Source of the DNA: Mizuhopecten yessoensis | Lineage: Eukaryota | Length of the DNA: 64,000 nt | Assembly (NCBI RefSeq): GCF_002113885.1 | Contig: NW_018479932.1 | Coordinates: forward strand, 67,640-131,639 | Reading direction: 5' to 3' | Translations under genes and position numbers: made by a program | The notes under the pieces: model-generated | What the model saw: the letters and a program-made list of their open reading frames with translations, nothing else | The model's database searches: none | Told to the model about the DNA's origin: nothing | Shown here: positions 25,999-38,954 of the stretch, piece after piece | Position numbering within the stretch: the stretch's first letter is position 1 | Layout of the letters: every line of letters starts with the position of its first letter

Positions 25999-28303
25999 CA
26001 GGCGCGGATTTAGCGGGGGGGNNNNNNNNNNNNNNNNNNNNNNNNNNNNNNNNNNNNNNNNNNNNNNNNNNNNNNNNNNNNNNNNNNNNNNNNNNNNNNN
26101 NNNNNNNNNNNNNNNNNNNNNNNNNNNNNNNNNNNNNNNNNNNNNNNNNNNNNNNNNNNNNNNNNNNNNNNNNNNNNNNNNNNNNNNNNNNNNNNNNNNN
26201 NNNNNNNNNNNNNNNNNNNNNNNNNNNNNNNNNNNNNNNNNNNNNNNNNNNNNNNNNNNNNNNNNNNNNNNNNNNNNNNNNNNNNNNNNNNNNNNNNNNN
26301 NNNNNNNNNNNNNNNNNNNNNNNNNNNNNNNNNNNNNNNNNNNNNNNNNNNNNNNNNNNNNNNNNNNNNNNNNNNNNNNNNNNNNNNNNNNNNNNNNNNN
26401 NNNNNNNNNNNNNNNNNNNNNNNNNNNNNNNNNNNNNNNNNNNNNNNNNNNNNNNNNNNNNNNNNNNNNNNNNNNNNNNNNNNNNNNNNNNNNNNNNNNN
26501 NNNNNNNNNNNNNNNNNNNNNNNNNNNNNNNNNNNNNNNNNNNNNNNNNNNNNNNNNNNNNNNNNNNNNNNNNNNNNNNNNNNNNNNNNNNNNNNNNNNN
26601 NNNNNNNNNNNNNNNNNNNNNNNNNNNNNNNNNNNNNNNNNNNNNNNNNNNNNNNNNNNNNNNNNNNNNNNNNNNNNNNNNNNNNNNNNNNNNNNNNNNN
26701 NNNNNNNNNNNNNNNNNNNNNNNNNNNNNNNNNNNNNNNNNNNNNNNNNNNNNNNNNNNNNNNNNNNNNNNNNNNNNNNNNNNNNNNNNNNNNNNNNNNN
26801 NNNNNNNNNNNNNNNNNNNNNNNNNNNNNNNNNNNNNNNNNNNNNNNNNNNNNNNNNNNNNNNNNNNNNNCATTTGTAACGAACCCCTGTGCTGCGTCGC
26901 AAGATCACTCACCAGGCGCGGATTTAGGGGGGGGGGCACACCCGGCCCCCATTTTTGGCGGCGGACTGACCTTTTCCGGGCCGGCCCATAATGGTCTGAT
27001 ATGGGAACATATTAACATTTTAAAATGCAACAAACAATGCATGGAGCTTGTATAAAAAAAATCTGGGGCTACGGCATCCTAGCAAATATTGTGGGTTTCC
27101 GTTATCTGATATTTTTACTATATTTTCTTTATTAAAACAATATTTGTTGGCATCGCTACGCTCGTCTACTTTGTATCTTGACCCTAAAGTGTGTTTTTTT
27201 TATTTTACCACCTCGGCAAAACCCAAAGGTGCAACTTGCAACGCTCGGCGGAAATATACTAGCATAAGTTGCATAGTTATATTATTGACCGCTCGATATA
27301 GATGATCTGAAAATTAATACTTTTTATTGTAACCTTCCTAACCGCCCGGGCGATATTAATCATATCATTATACAAGAACGATAAAGGTTTTTCTCGGCTG
27401 ACAATATTATGTATAATCGACTTAACATATCCATTCAATTATTTTGGTATTATATATATTGTTGGAACTGTTTAACTATATTGTATGTACAACATAATAT
27501 CTCATTGTGGTACTTATAGCTTACCATCGTGTACGTACAAGAAAGTATCTTCACACAGCATACTATTGTGTACGTAGTAATAAGTTGTACGTACCAGAAT
27601 GTGATGATATGCTGTACTTACAAGTATGATTATTTTAAATTAAATTTAAAGGTGACGCATATGTGCCTCCTAAGTTGTACCATTTTAACCAGATAGCTTA
27701 GCAAATGGACAGATTTTATTCTACGCCCCCGCTTTCAAATATCCTAGAAACGCCCCTGTATATAGCTAGTGGCCTTGGGCGTCGCACTGATTTGAACTTA
27801 CCGTTATGGTGTTATTTGTTCTTTTGTACGACAAACGTACAATGTCTGAAGACTAGATTTATATTTTGCCGGTTGACCTCTCGTATCCCCCTTGCGGGCG
27901 GGACGCCAAATTAGGTAATAATGAACAAGCCCCCTGTGGATTCATACATTTGTCATCACCAGGTTGCCCCTATAATAATACCATCTGACTTCTAAAACAC
28001 GCTGTTGATAGAGAATTGGAACCGAAACTTTAATTTTCTTTCCAGTACACAAAAAAAGTCTTTGGGCCATACTTAAAATATGCATTTTTCTTCTTGTTAA
28101 TTAAACATAAAAACAATCCTCAGAACACGGGAAATCGCTTCTGAGACGTTCCAAACCCCCCTTACGAGGAGGGGGTCTGTACCCTCCCCCTCCTCGCGCT
28201 ACGCGCTCGGGCTGCTGCCTTTCGCAGCACACCGTTGACTATTGAGAAAAAATTCTCGGCCCCCCCCCCCCCCCCCTTTTAGGAAATCCTGGATCCGCCC
28301 CTG
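25999..28303. mobile_element. Non-autonomous DNA transposon with CAGG(G/C)GCGGAT termini and a 5-bp TSD, spanning the assembly gap
   Basis: tgtgc|caggcgcggat at 25994-26009 and atccgcccctg|tgtgc at 28293-28308. Subterminal poly-G/poly-C runs. Extra internal termini at 26913 and 27758. Confidence 0.7.
26022..26870. other. Assembly gap (849 N)
   Basis: Run of N beginning at a poly-G tract. Confidence 1.
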
Positions 28304-29082
28304 TGTGCGGTGCACTTATCTACAGTCAGTGACAAAAAGACAGTCGTTGGGACAACCCCTTCAATGGGCACAAATGGAAACACCATCATCAACGATTTTG
28401 ACATGAAAATTATACACCTATAATGATCTTTCAATGACATGCATAAGGGAGATAACCATGGATGAAATACTTTACTTTCGGTTTCGCTTTTAAATGTAAG
28501 TCTCCTAAATAGGAGGTAATTGTGAAAAAATAAAAAGAAGAAGACGGAAGACATGTTTATTTTCACAAATCCTGATCGGTTATTGATCATGATCATGTAA
28601 CACTCTGATTGACAAGCGAAAATTATGGAAAAGAGTTTGCGCACATTGTTATATTCTTAACTGATATTATACTGTATCATTTTAGCAGAATTATTATATA
28701 CTGGTATTTTTTATTTGTACGAAATTAATCATTTCAGTGATTTATCAACTAAAAGCGTCATGTGCCATTTAATTTAAACCTTCGGTTTTATTATAGTGTT
28801 ATACCTACATTTGTATTATATGTAATGTATATTGGATGTAAGTATCCGGTGTATACTAATGTCATATGGATCTCTTGGGTATTGTCCTTCCGATGTCTAT
28901 ACGTCGTGTATCTAAGACATTTTATTGGTCAGTTATCAATTAATACTGTTCACAAATGGATAGATCGATATACCTGTCTGTCATACAAACATAATTGTGT
29001 ACTTTGTTGACCAAGAACAAATTAATGTTTTCAAGAAACGGGTTTTTGGTCCATATTTTCATTAAAGATTTTAAAATTGTTT

Positions 29083-29231
29083 ACTGTGAAATCATACATT
29101 TTCGTAGTGGTTTCAAATTCGTTGATTTCGTGGGTATTCTTTCTCTACGAATGTATAGGTCCACGAAATGGTGATTTTTTGGGGGGACACCACAAAATTT
29201 CGGCCCGACGAAACTATTTGCTTTCACATTA
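29083..29231. mobile_element. Small TA-flanked MITE with ttcgt/acgaa subterminal repeats
   Basis: ta|ctgtgaaatca..ttcgt ... acgaaacta.ttgctttcaca inverted ends. Confidence 0.5.
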
Positions 29232-30049
29232 TTTGTCTTGAATAGTAACACGATTCATAATTTATGTTTTACGTCACAATATACTTATTTTAACATACCG
29301 AATAAGTTTATCGATCAGGCGTGATCAAATTATGTATATCATGTATACAAATGAAAGTGTGTTTGTCTTTTAATTCTATTTAGCCAATGTGTTGTCTCAT
29401 TTGACTAGGAATTATAACTTTGTTGTCTGCATTTGCCAGTGTACCTTTATAATGTAACACTGGTGGGGTATTAATTGTCTCTGTGTGACTCCGATATTAT
29501 CAAAGTGTCAGACTTAACATTTCAATAATGTTTTCATCGCTATAATCCTGAACATACAATATACTTCTATGCTGTTAAAAAGCTATAGTGCTTTGTAACG
29601 TAGCTTATGTCTGTCGTTTGATTTTCTTTTGTCTCCATTGTGCTACATTTTGAAATCATCAGAAGGACAGACTTAGAAAATTTAAAATGCGCAAAGGGAT
29701 AAAATATCAAAATTCAGTTTTAAAATATCGTGAAAGGATTGAAATGGAAAGAGATGATGTATAAATATCGTAAAAAAGTTATGTCGATTAATGGAATCAA
29801 AAAGTTTATAGAGCAGACTAATGTCCTTATTTTTCATTTAAACAAAGACTCAAAATTCACGGATGTAAAAAATGTTTCCATGTGCAACGGTTTAATTATT
29901 TAATTCAGTTCTATGTAATAATAATTTTTTGACGCTATGAACATTTTGTTGTCGCTATTCACTCTTGATAACAACTTTACTTTGTCATTTTTAATATTTG
30001 TCAATAATTTTTGTCTCCATTGTCAATTACTCTTTTGACTTAATTGACT

Positions 30050-33000
30050 CTCTTTAACCATTGCACTGTCTACATCGAATATCTACAACTATTGTGTTCA
30101 ACCATTGATGCCCTACTTTTTTTGTGTTGTCTCCGCTGACGCTCTTAAACTATTGTGTTGCTTCTATTAAAACATTTACAACTATTGTATCTTATTAATT
30201 GACTCTCTTTTACAAATGTGTTGACTTATTGGACACAACAACTATTGTACTGTCTCAATTGACTCTTCAAGTATGGTGTTGCCTCAATGGACTCTTCAAG
30301 TATGGTGTTGCCTCAATTGACTCTTCAAGTATGGTGTTGCCTCAATTGACTCCTCAGATATTGTGTTGCCGTCATCTACTCCATGATTATTGTGTTGACT
30401 CATTTGACTCTTCAACCATTGAGTTGCCTCATTTGACTCTTCAACGGTTGGTTGTGTCATTTGATTCTACAACTATTGTGCTGCCTTAATTGACTCTTTA
30501 ACTTACTTTAATGGACTCTTTCACTAGTTTGTCGTCTCAATTGACTATAAATCTATCGTGTTTTCTCAATTGACTCTTCAACTATGCTGTTTTCTGAATT
30601 GACTATTAAATAATTGTGTTGCCTTTGTCGACTCCACGACTATCATATTGCCTCAACTGACTCTACAACTATACAATTTTGTCAAATGACTCTGCAATAA
30701 TTGTGTTGACTCAATTGACTCTTCAACTTTTGTGTTGCCTCAGTTGCCTCTACAACGATTATGGCGCCTTAATTGCCTCTGCAACTATTGAGTTTTGTAA
30801 AATGACCCTACAACTGTTGTGTTTCCTTAATTGGTTCTTTAACTATTGTGTTTCCTTAATTTACTCTTCAACTATTGTGCTGCCTTAATTTACTCTAAAA
30901 GTATTATGTTGCCTCATTTGATTCTTCAACTATTGTCTTGCCTTAATTGATTTTACAACTATAATGTTGCTTTAATTGATTCTACAACTATTGTGTTGCC
31001 TCAATTGTCTCTTCAACTATCGAATTGCTTCAATTGACCCTACAACTATTGTGTCGCCACACTTGACTCTTCAACTAGTATGTTGCCTCAATTTACTTTA
31101 CAACTATTGTGCTGCCTTAATTGACTCTACAACTATAGAGTTGCCTCATTTGATTCTACAACTATTGTGTTCGCTCATTTGATTCTTCAACTACTGTGTT
31201 GCCTTGATTGACTCTTAAACAATTGTGTTGCCTCAACTTACTCTACATCTATGGTGTTGCCTTAATTGACTCTACAACTATTGTGTTGCCTTTATTGACT
31301 CTACAACTATTGTGTTGCCATAATTGAGTCTAAAACTATTTTGTTGCCTCAACATACTCTACAACTATGAATTGCCTTAATTGACCCTACAGAATTGTGT
31401 TTGCTCTATTGCCTCTACAACTATTGTTTTTTTCTCAATTGATTTTTCAACTTTTGTGTTGCCCTAATTGACTCTACAACTATTGCGACGTCTCAATGGA
31501 GTCTGAAACTATTGTGTTGGCTCATTTTACTTCTAGACTATCATATTGCCTCATTTGACTCTTTACTCATTGTTTCGGTTGAGGTGACTCTTCAACTATT
31601 GAGTTGCCTCAATTGACTCTTCAACTATAGTGTTGCCTAAATTGACTCTTCAACTATGGGGTTGCCTAAATTGACTCTTCAACTATTGTGTTGCCGAAAT
31701 TGACTCTACAGTTATTGTTTTGCCTCAATCGACTCTTTAACTACTATGTTGCCTTAATTGACTCAAAAACTATTGTGTTGCCTCAACTTACTCTACAACT
31801 ATGGTGTTGCCTAAATTGATTCTAAAACTGTTGTGTTGCCACAACTTACTCTACAACTATTGAGTTGCCTCAATTGACTCTTCAACTATTGTGTTGCCTC
31901 ATTTGATTCTTCAACTATTGTGTTGCCTCGTTTGATTCTACAACTATTGTGTGCCTTAATTGACTATAAATCTATTGTGTTGCCTCATTTGATTCTTCGA
32001 CTACTGTGTTGCCTTTATTGACTCTTAAACTATTTAGTTGCCTCAACTTACTCTGCAACTATTGTGTTGCCTCATTTGACTCTTCAACTATTGTGTTGCC
32101 TCATTTGATTCTTCAACTATTGTGTTGCCTCGTTTGATTCTACAACTATTGTGTTGCTTAATTGACTGTAAATCTATTGTGTTGCCTCATTTGATTCTTC
32201 GACTACTGTGTTGCCTTAATTGACTCTAAAACTATTGTGTTGCCTCAACTTACTCTACGACTATGGTGTTGCCTTAATTGACTCTACAACTATTGTGTTG
32301 CCTCATTTGATTCTTCGACTACTGTGTTGCCTTAATTGACTCTAAAACTATTGTGTTGCCTCAACTTACTCTACAACTATGGTGTTGCCTTAATTGACTC
32401 TACAACTATTGTGTTGCCTCAACATACTCTACAACTATGTGTTGCCTTAAGTGACCCTACAATATTGTGTTGGCTCTATTGCCTCTACAACTATTGTGTC
32501 GCCTCAATTGACTCTACAACTATTGTGTTACCTTAATTGACTCTACAACTATTGTGTTGCCGTAATTGACTCTAAAACTATTGTGTTGACTCATTTGATT
32601 CTTCGACAACTGTGTTGCCTTAATTGACTCTAAAACTATTGTGTTGCCTCAACTTACTCTACAACTATTGTGTTGCCTTAATTGACTCTTCAACTATTGT
32701 GTTGCCTCATTTGATTATTCAACAATTGTGTTGCCTCGTTTGATTCTACAACTATTGTGTTGCCTTAATTGACTATAAATCTATTGTGTTGCCTCATTTG
32801 ATTCTTCGAATACTGTGTTGCCTTAATTGACTCTAAAACTATTGTGTTGCCTCAACTTACTCTACAACTATTGTGTTGCCTTAATTGACTATAAAACTAT
32901 TGTGTTGCCTCATTTGATTCTTCAACAATTGTGTTGCCTCGTTTGATTCTACAACTATTGTGTTGCCTCAATTGACTATAAATCTATTGTGTTGCCTCAT

Positions 33001-34700
33001 TTGATTCTTCGAATACTGTGTTGCCTTAATTGACTCTAAAACTATTGTGTTGCCTCAACTTACTCTACAACTATGGTGTTGCCTTAATTGACTCTTCAGC
33101 TATTGTGTTGCCTTAATTGACTCTACAACTATTGTGCTGCCTTATTTGACCCTACAATATTGTGTTGGCTCTATTGCCTCTACAACTATTGTGTCGCCTC
33201 AATTGACCCTACAACTATTGTGTTGCCACAATTGTCTCAACTATTGTGTTGCCTCAACTTACTCTACAACTATGTGTTGCCTCAATTGTCTCAACTATTG
33301 TGTTTGCTCTATTGCCTTTACAACTATTGTTTTTTCTCAATTGATTTTTGAACTATTTTGTTGCCCTAATTGACTCTACAACTATTGTGACGTCTCAATG
33401 GAGTCTTAAACTATTGTGTTGCCTCATTGACTTCTAGACTATTATATTGCCTCATTTGATTCTTCAACTATTGTGTTGCCTCAATTGACTTTACAACTAT
33501 TGTGCTGCCTTAATTGACTCTAAAACAATTATTTCGCCTCAATTGACCCTACAACTATAGTTTTACCTAAATCGGCTCTTTAACTACTTAGTTGCCTCAA
33601 TTGACTCTTCAACTATTGTGTTGCCTCGTTTGATTCTACAACTGTTGTGTTGCCTTAATTGACTCTACAACTATTGTGTGACCTTAATTTACTCTTCAAC
33701 TATTGTGTCGCCTCATTTGATTCTTCAACTATTGTTTTGCCTTACTTGACTCTACAACTATTGTGTTGCCTTAATTGACTATAAATCTATGTGTTGCCTC
33801 ATTTGATTCTTCGACTACTGTGTTGCCTTAATTGACTCTAAAACTATTGTGTTGCCTCAACTTACTCTACAACTATGGTAGTGCCTTAATTGACTCTACA
33901 ACTATTGTGTTGCCTTAATTGATTTTTGAACTATTTTGTTGCCCTTATTGACTCTACAACTATTGTGACGTCTCAATGGAGTCTTAAACTATTGTGTTGC
34001 CCCATTTTACTTCTAGACTCTCATATTGCCTCATTTGACTCTTGAATCATTGTTTCGACTGAATTGACTCTTCAACTATTGTGTTGCCTCAATTGACTCT
34101 ACAACTATTGTGTTGCCTCAACTTACTCTTCAGCTATTGTGTTGCCTTAATTGACTCTTAAACTATTGTGTTGCCTCAACTTACTCTTCAACTATTGTGT
34201 TGCCTTAATTGACTCTAAAACTATTGTGTTGCCTTAACTTACTCTTCAGCTACATTTACTGTGTTGCCTTAATTGACTCTTAAACTATTGTGTTGCCTCA
34301 ACTTACTCTTCAACTATTGTGTTGCCTTAATTGACGCTAAAACTATTGTGTTGCCTCAACTTACTCTTCAACTATTGTTTTGGCTCTATTGCCTCCACAA
34401 CTAATTATTTTTTTTCAATTGAAAAGTACTGTCTGTATCTACTAGTTGCATCCATTCTTTAAGAATTGTGTTGCCTGCACACATGATTTACAGCTATTAT
34501 GTTGTCTCTGTTTACGGTTTTAGATCTATTGTGTTGTCGCAATTGCCTCGATACAACTATTGTGTTACCTTAATTGACTCTTGCATATTACTGTGATGCC
34601 TTTACTGATAATTGTGTTGTCTCAACTGACTCTACAACTAGTGGACTAGTCTCCATTGTCCTTAAAACTGTTGACTCTCTTCAACTATTTTGTTGTCTTC
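30050..34700. repeat. 29-bp satellite (ttgactctacaactattgtgttgcct(t/c)aa), about 4.6 kb, degenerate at the edges, with higher-order structure
   Basis: Continuous 29-bp periodicity with recurring ordered variants. Confidence 0.97.
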
Positions 34701-34882
34701 TTTGACTTAACATCAGCTATATCCTGTTGCAATAATTCACTTTTTTAACAAACGTTTTGTTTTCCTGATATCTGTGTAACGGTATAGGTATTCAAGATAG
34801 TGTTCTTGATAATCTGTTATATATTTTGCTGCTATATAATATAGGTATGTTTATTTTTAATTAAAGATGAAATACGCACAAC

Positions 34883-35064
34883 CAGGGGCGTAGATAGCCC
34901 TCGTTTGGAGCGTATTCATATGCGAGCGAGTCCAGGGCAGGGGCTTGCATATTTATTTTTGATAGGTGGACAAGAAGGTGCAACAAGCATTTTTGTGTGT
35001 GTTTTTTTACTGGTTGAACATTTGGATTCACCTGTGTACCGGCATATAGGCAGCTACGCGCCTG
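34883..35064 (+). mobile_element. Short hAT-like MITE with a 5-bp TSD
   Basis: acaac|caggggcgtag ... ctacgcgcctg|acaac. Confidence 0.75.
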
Positions 35065-36472
35065 ACAACGACAGGTGGATTTGTATTTCTGTCACAAATG
35101 ACAATTACATAAGTTTCTTTGAAACCATCGATCTCCATTTTCGAACCTCTGGAACGAAGCCTGACCGTGTGCGAGAAGTGATTGATTTGTATATGATGGT
35201 GGTTGTCAGTTGTTGGCCCGAGTCACCGCGAGGCCGTGAGCCCCATCACTCAGAAAGTGATGCAATCGAGTATAATGCACGTAGGCTGAGGACTAGCAGC
35301 AACCTCGTGGACCTGTACCAAGACTGGGATACGCTTTCGATGCTATTTGATATTTCTATGTTTTCTTTCTTCAGTGATATATTTTTCTTTAAATTTGTTT
35401 CTGAACTTTAGTACTACGAATCATTTCATCGTGAGTTATGCTTATATATACTACAGCTAATTTGATTGCTATCATTACGCGCTTGAACTACTTTATGTTG
35501 AAAACACATAAGCATCTTTAAAAATAAATATTGAATGTAGGTCTCCGATAGAATGTCAATTTTACCATTTTCTCTGTAAATATAATGTACATCATCATGA
35601 AACTATCTTCCATGCGTGTTTGCAAGCTACTTTAAACAGACGTGACTTCGGTGGATACTGTAAAAGATTGACTTCCGCCCTGTCTCCCGATCAACCGAGA
35701 GTGGCTGTGTGTGATGGATCGCTTTATGATAAATCAGATCTGTATGTATTTGCACAATCTATTAATCGTATGCTACGTAGCATGCTTAAGCCACATTGAT
35801 TCCGATCAAGATTTTTTTTGGGAGAGAATTTGATAAATTGCTGTCTAGTTTAATTTGAGTCGATTGCGAAATGTTATTAATGTGTATGCAGGAAAATTTG
35901 CTCTGTTGGCACACTTCTTGACTTGTACGTCAAGAAATGGAGATTTTGCCTTGGTTTTCGGTTGTGTAATAGTAACAAGAGCTGCATCCAGGTTAACCAA
36001 TAACTGTAACGAGAGTGTGTAACATCGAACATTCTCTTGGGGAACAACCGCTATTTTCGGGGTAATACACAGCTATCCACGCGGGTAATAGGGACATTAA
36101 TTCTGCAAGGACGATACCCAGAACTAGAATCAAACAAGGATCAGATATTGTCACATTTTATTTCAAATCTGATATATTCTCGAAATGACGAATATTGAAA
36201 AACAAACTGAGTATTAAACAAAACAAAAGCATGAATTTTGTAAACGATGAACCAAGTAATGATATATAGCGAGGAAATAATGATTCCGACTTCTGATTAT
36301 CACATCAAAGCTAAACATCGTCAAGTTTGCGCATGAGCAGGGCCATATCCGCTGACCAGCAGTCGGACATGTGACCTCTTTGAAGTCATCGTTTAAGCAT
36401 ATGATTAATAAGATCGGTACTGCTTTCATATGCAATAAAGTGTAAATATTGTTATTCTTCCGGAAGTTGGTA

Positions 36473-38104
36473 CTACACTCTGTCTGCGCATGACACTGTA
36501 AAGCTAGACGTGGAAGCTGTATATTTCTGATGCGCCCGCTGATAAGAAAACCTCTGTTTTGGACAACAGCAGAATAGGACCTTTCCGAATGCACGTCTGA
36601 AATCCCTCATAGACAGTGCGTATATCACAGGGTTCATACCGGAATTAATGTAACCAAGCCAGGTAAACATGGGGAAAAGTAGTTCCGGATACACAAGACA
36701 ACTCATACCGCATATGCCTTGTAATACATTAAAAACAAAAAACGGAAGCCAGCATATAATGAAAACACCCACTACAATTCCTAAAGTCTTCGCTGCCTTT
36801 TGCTCGCGTGCAAGTTTAGTCAATTTTTTACTTAATGCGAACTGTCGGAGCCTCTTTGTTATAAACTTTGCCGGTCTATGATGGTGTGCACCATTAGACG
36901 CATGCGTGTGGGGTAAGCTTAATTTAGCATCTTGTGACGTCAGAGCAGTACTGTCACTATCCATGCATCTTTCACATGACTGGGAGTAATCCTCATGCAC
37001 AGCGCGTCTATAATGGTCCTCGTGACCATTCCGCGGCGAATTCGTCCCGCCTCGATGCATTCTCAAGGTCATTATTTCTCTGTTGCCATGACTACCATTT
37101 GACGTCAACACTTTACTCCCAACCTTTAAACTCCTTATTTGTTCCGCTGCGGCAAGGTATATCCGTAGATAGACGAACATCATAATGAACGTTGGGCAAT
37201 AAAAAGACACAATGGAAGAGAATATCAAGTAGGCACTGTCCTCTGTAAACATGCACACTTGCGAAGGGAGATTACTCGGGGTAACTGCCTTCCACCAGGC
37301 AATTGCTGGGAACGATATTCCAGCAGAACATAACCACACAAACGCTATAAGTAGGCCCACCTTGCATTGAGACATCTTTGCCGTATATGCTATAGGGTCC
37401 GTGATGGCCCAGTACCGATCAAGCGAAATCACGCACAGATTCAAAATGGATGCCGTACTCGCCAGGACGTCAAATGAATGCCAGAGGTCGCACCATTCCT
37501 CGCCGTAAGGCCACATCTGATTGGTTATTTCCAAACTTATGCTGAACGGCATCACGATTCCGCCTACCATTAGGTCGGCAAGAGCGAGAGAAACTATGAA
37601 ATAATTGGTCACCGTTCTTAAATACATCTCCTTAAAAACAGCGACGATCACCAGAATATTTCCAACAATGGTCACCACTGAAAACAGAGACAACACTATC
37701 CCAATGATGGGACGTTTTATTTCATAGTCGCCATCAGTGGCATTGGTAAAATTTGCCCAATCGCTTCCATTGTATGCTGTTTCATTGATGACCGGCAGTC
37801 CATTGTTAGCAATCGTGTGATTGGTGGAGTTTGAAAACGCGTTGTAAAATGCAATATGATTGGGTACTGCAGTCGACATGAATGAAGGTATCCTTGGTAA
37901 TATTGATAAAACTGCCACGGTTATGACGCAACTGTTGTAAAGACGACAGAGCTGTCGTGTTGTTAGATCTCTGACGAGTACTCCACGCAGCCCACTCTCG
38001 TTGGAACGACGAGATTTCGGGGGATGTTCATAGTTACAGGTATAATAGAGAGGAACCGCTTGATCTGAGTCACATTTGAAAAACAGCCTCTCCCGGTGAA
38101 TCAT
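36473..38104 (-). CDS. Dop1R2: Class A aminergic GPCR, invertebrate-type dopamine receptor (Dop1R2/DAMB/INDR-like), uninterrupted coding sequence; true start may be the internal Met at 37879 (MSTAVPNH)
   Basis: 543-aa ORF with 7 hydrophobic segments: GNILV (TM1), SLALADLMVG (TM2), WCDLWHSFDVLASTASILNLCVISLDRYWAITDP (TM3 with amine-binding Asp and DRY), ISFPAIAWW (TM4), SSIVSFY (TM5 catechol serines), KAAKTLGIVVGVFIICWLPFF (TM6), NSGMNPVIY (TM7), and CCC after helix 8. It has a cluster of N-glycosylation sequons. The ICL3 motifs RSLKVG and TLRMHRGG match my recollection of insect Dop1R2. Confidence 0.93.
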   Translation of the reverse strand: MIHRERLFFKCDSDQAVPLYYTCNYEHPPKSRRSNESGLRGVLVRDLTTRQLCRLYNSCVITVAVLSILPRIPSFMSTAVPNHIAFYNAFSNSTNHTIANNGLPVINETAYNGSDWANFTNATDGDYEIKRPIIGIVLSLFSVVTIVGNILVIVAVFKEMYLRTVTNYFIVSLALADLMVGGIVMPFSISLEITNQMWPYGEEWCDLWHSFDVLASTASILNLCVISLDRYWAITDPIAYTAKMSQCKVGLLIAFVWLCSAGISFPAIAWWKAVTPSNLPSQVCMFTEDSAYLIFSSIVSFYCPTFIMMFVYLRIYLAAAEQIRSLKVGSKVLTSNGSHGNREIMTLRMHRGGTNSPRNGHEDHYRRAVHEDYSQSCERCMDSDSTALTSQDAKLSLPHTHASNGAHHHRPAKFITKRLRQFALSKKLTKLAREQKAAKTLGIVVGVFIICWLPFFVFNVLQGICGMSCLVYPELLFPMFTWLGYINSGMNPVIYALSMRDFRRAFGKVLFCCCPKQRFSYQRAHQKYTASTSSFTVSCADRV

Positions 38105-38540
38105 ATCAAGCTCCTAGATTCAGGATAAAACACTCAGAGCTCAAGTAAATCCACCTCCTACGGTAAAGCACAAAAGCACACTCAAATGTTAATGTTGTAT
38201 ATCCCATTTCATTTTAAGATCAGTTTCACTTTGTATGTATGACAATTAACCCCACAACGCTATAATCAATCATTCTTAAAAGTAAACCTTTTCTATTATC
38301 CGTGAAAGAAATAATCCACATATTTTGATAACCATGACAATATCCCACGTGGTGGTGGTCAATACCATATACACGATCTGGCACTCGTAGCTTTGGATGA
38401 CGTGTGATTCGTTTTGTGCAAGTTATCAACAGGGAACGTTTCCTCGTTCATCTGTACGGAATATGAAACCGACTCCGATTCCCTTTATTAGAAATCCATG
38501 TAAAACCTGCTGTGCCCACGAACTGGTGCCGGATTGAATA

Positions 38541-38585
38541 CCTGGAACATAAAATGGAAAACAGAAATCAGTCAAAAGAAAAGTT
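38541..38585 (-). promoter_or_regulatory. Probable splice acceptor opening the receptor's coding exon (5'UTR intron)
   Basis: Minus strand reads ttcttttgactgatttctgttttccattttatgttccag|GTATTC: a polypyrimidine tract, CAG at 38544-38542 and a branch-point-like ttgac/ctgat. It lies 437 nt upstream of the first in-frame ATG. Confidence 0.6.
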
Positions 38586-38954
38586 AGCACAGAAAAGGTG
38601 CTTATTTCACTTAATACATGTATATGATACACTGTAAGATTTTTTTTACCTAAAACATTGAACCTTGAGAAGGATTTGTGATCCGGCGAGTCAGTTACAA
38701 GTCTTTTACTGTTCAGTTCTGGCACAGTTTTGATTTTCAGAAATACATTTTTTTTTGTGTTAGCTTCATTTGATTAAAGAATGTTAACATACCAATCACA
38801 TCATAGTTTCTACGATGTTTTAATTGGTAACCCAATAACCCCGACCTCTTCTTGACCGCTTTAACTTTTAAACATTTTAAAGTACTGATCGATACTGTTC
38901 GTTGGTTGTGGAGCTCACCACAAATATCAGATACATGTAGCACAACTCTTTCCT

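Noticed and set aside
25889-27055. Long ORFs of 294-369 aa
   Set aside because: Artefacts of reading through the N gap.
30199-33373. Cys/Leu-rich short ORFs
   Set aside because: Products of the 29-bp satellite.
34905-35411. 168-aa ORF downstream of the receptor
   Set aside because: Non-ATG start inside a MITE, no recognisable domain, and antisense to the likely 3' region of the receptor.
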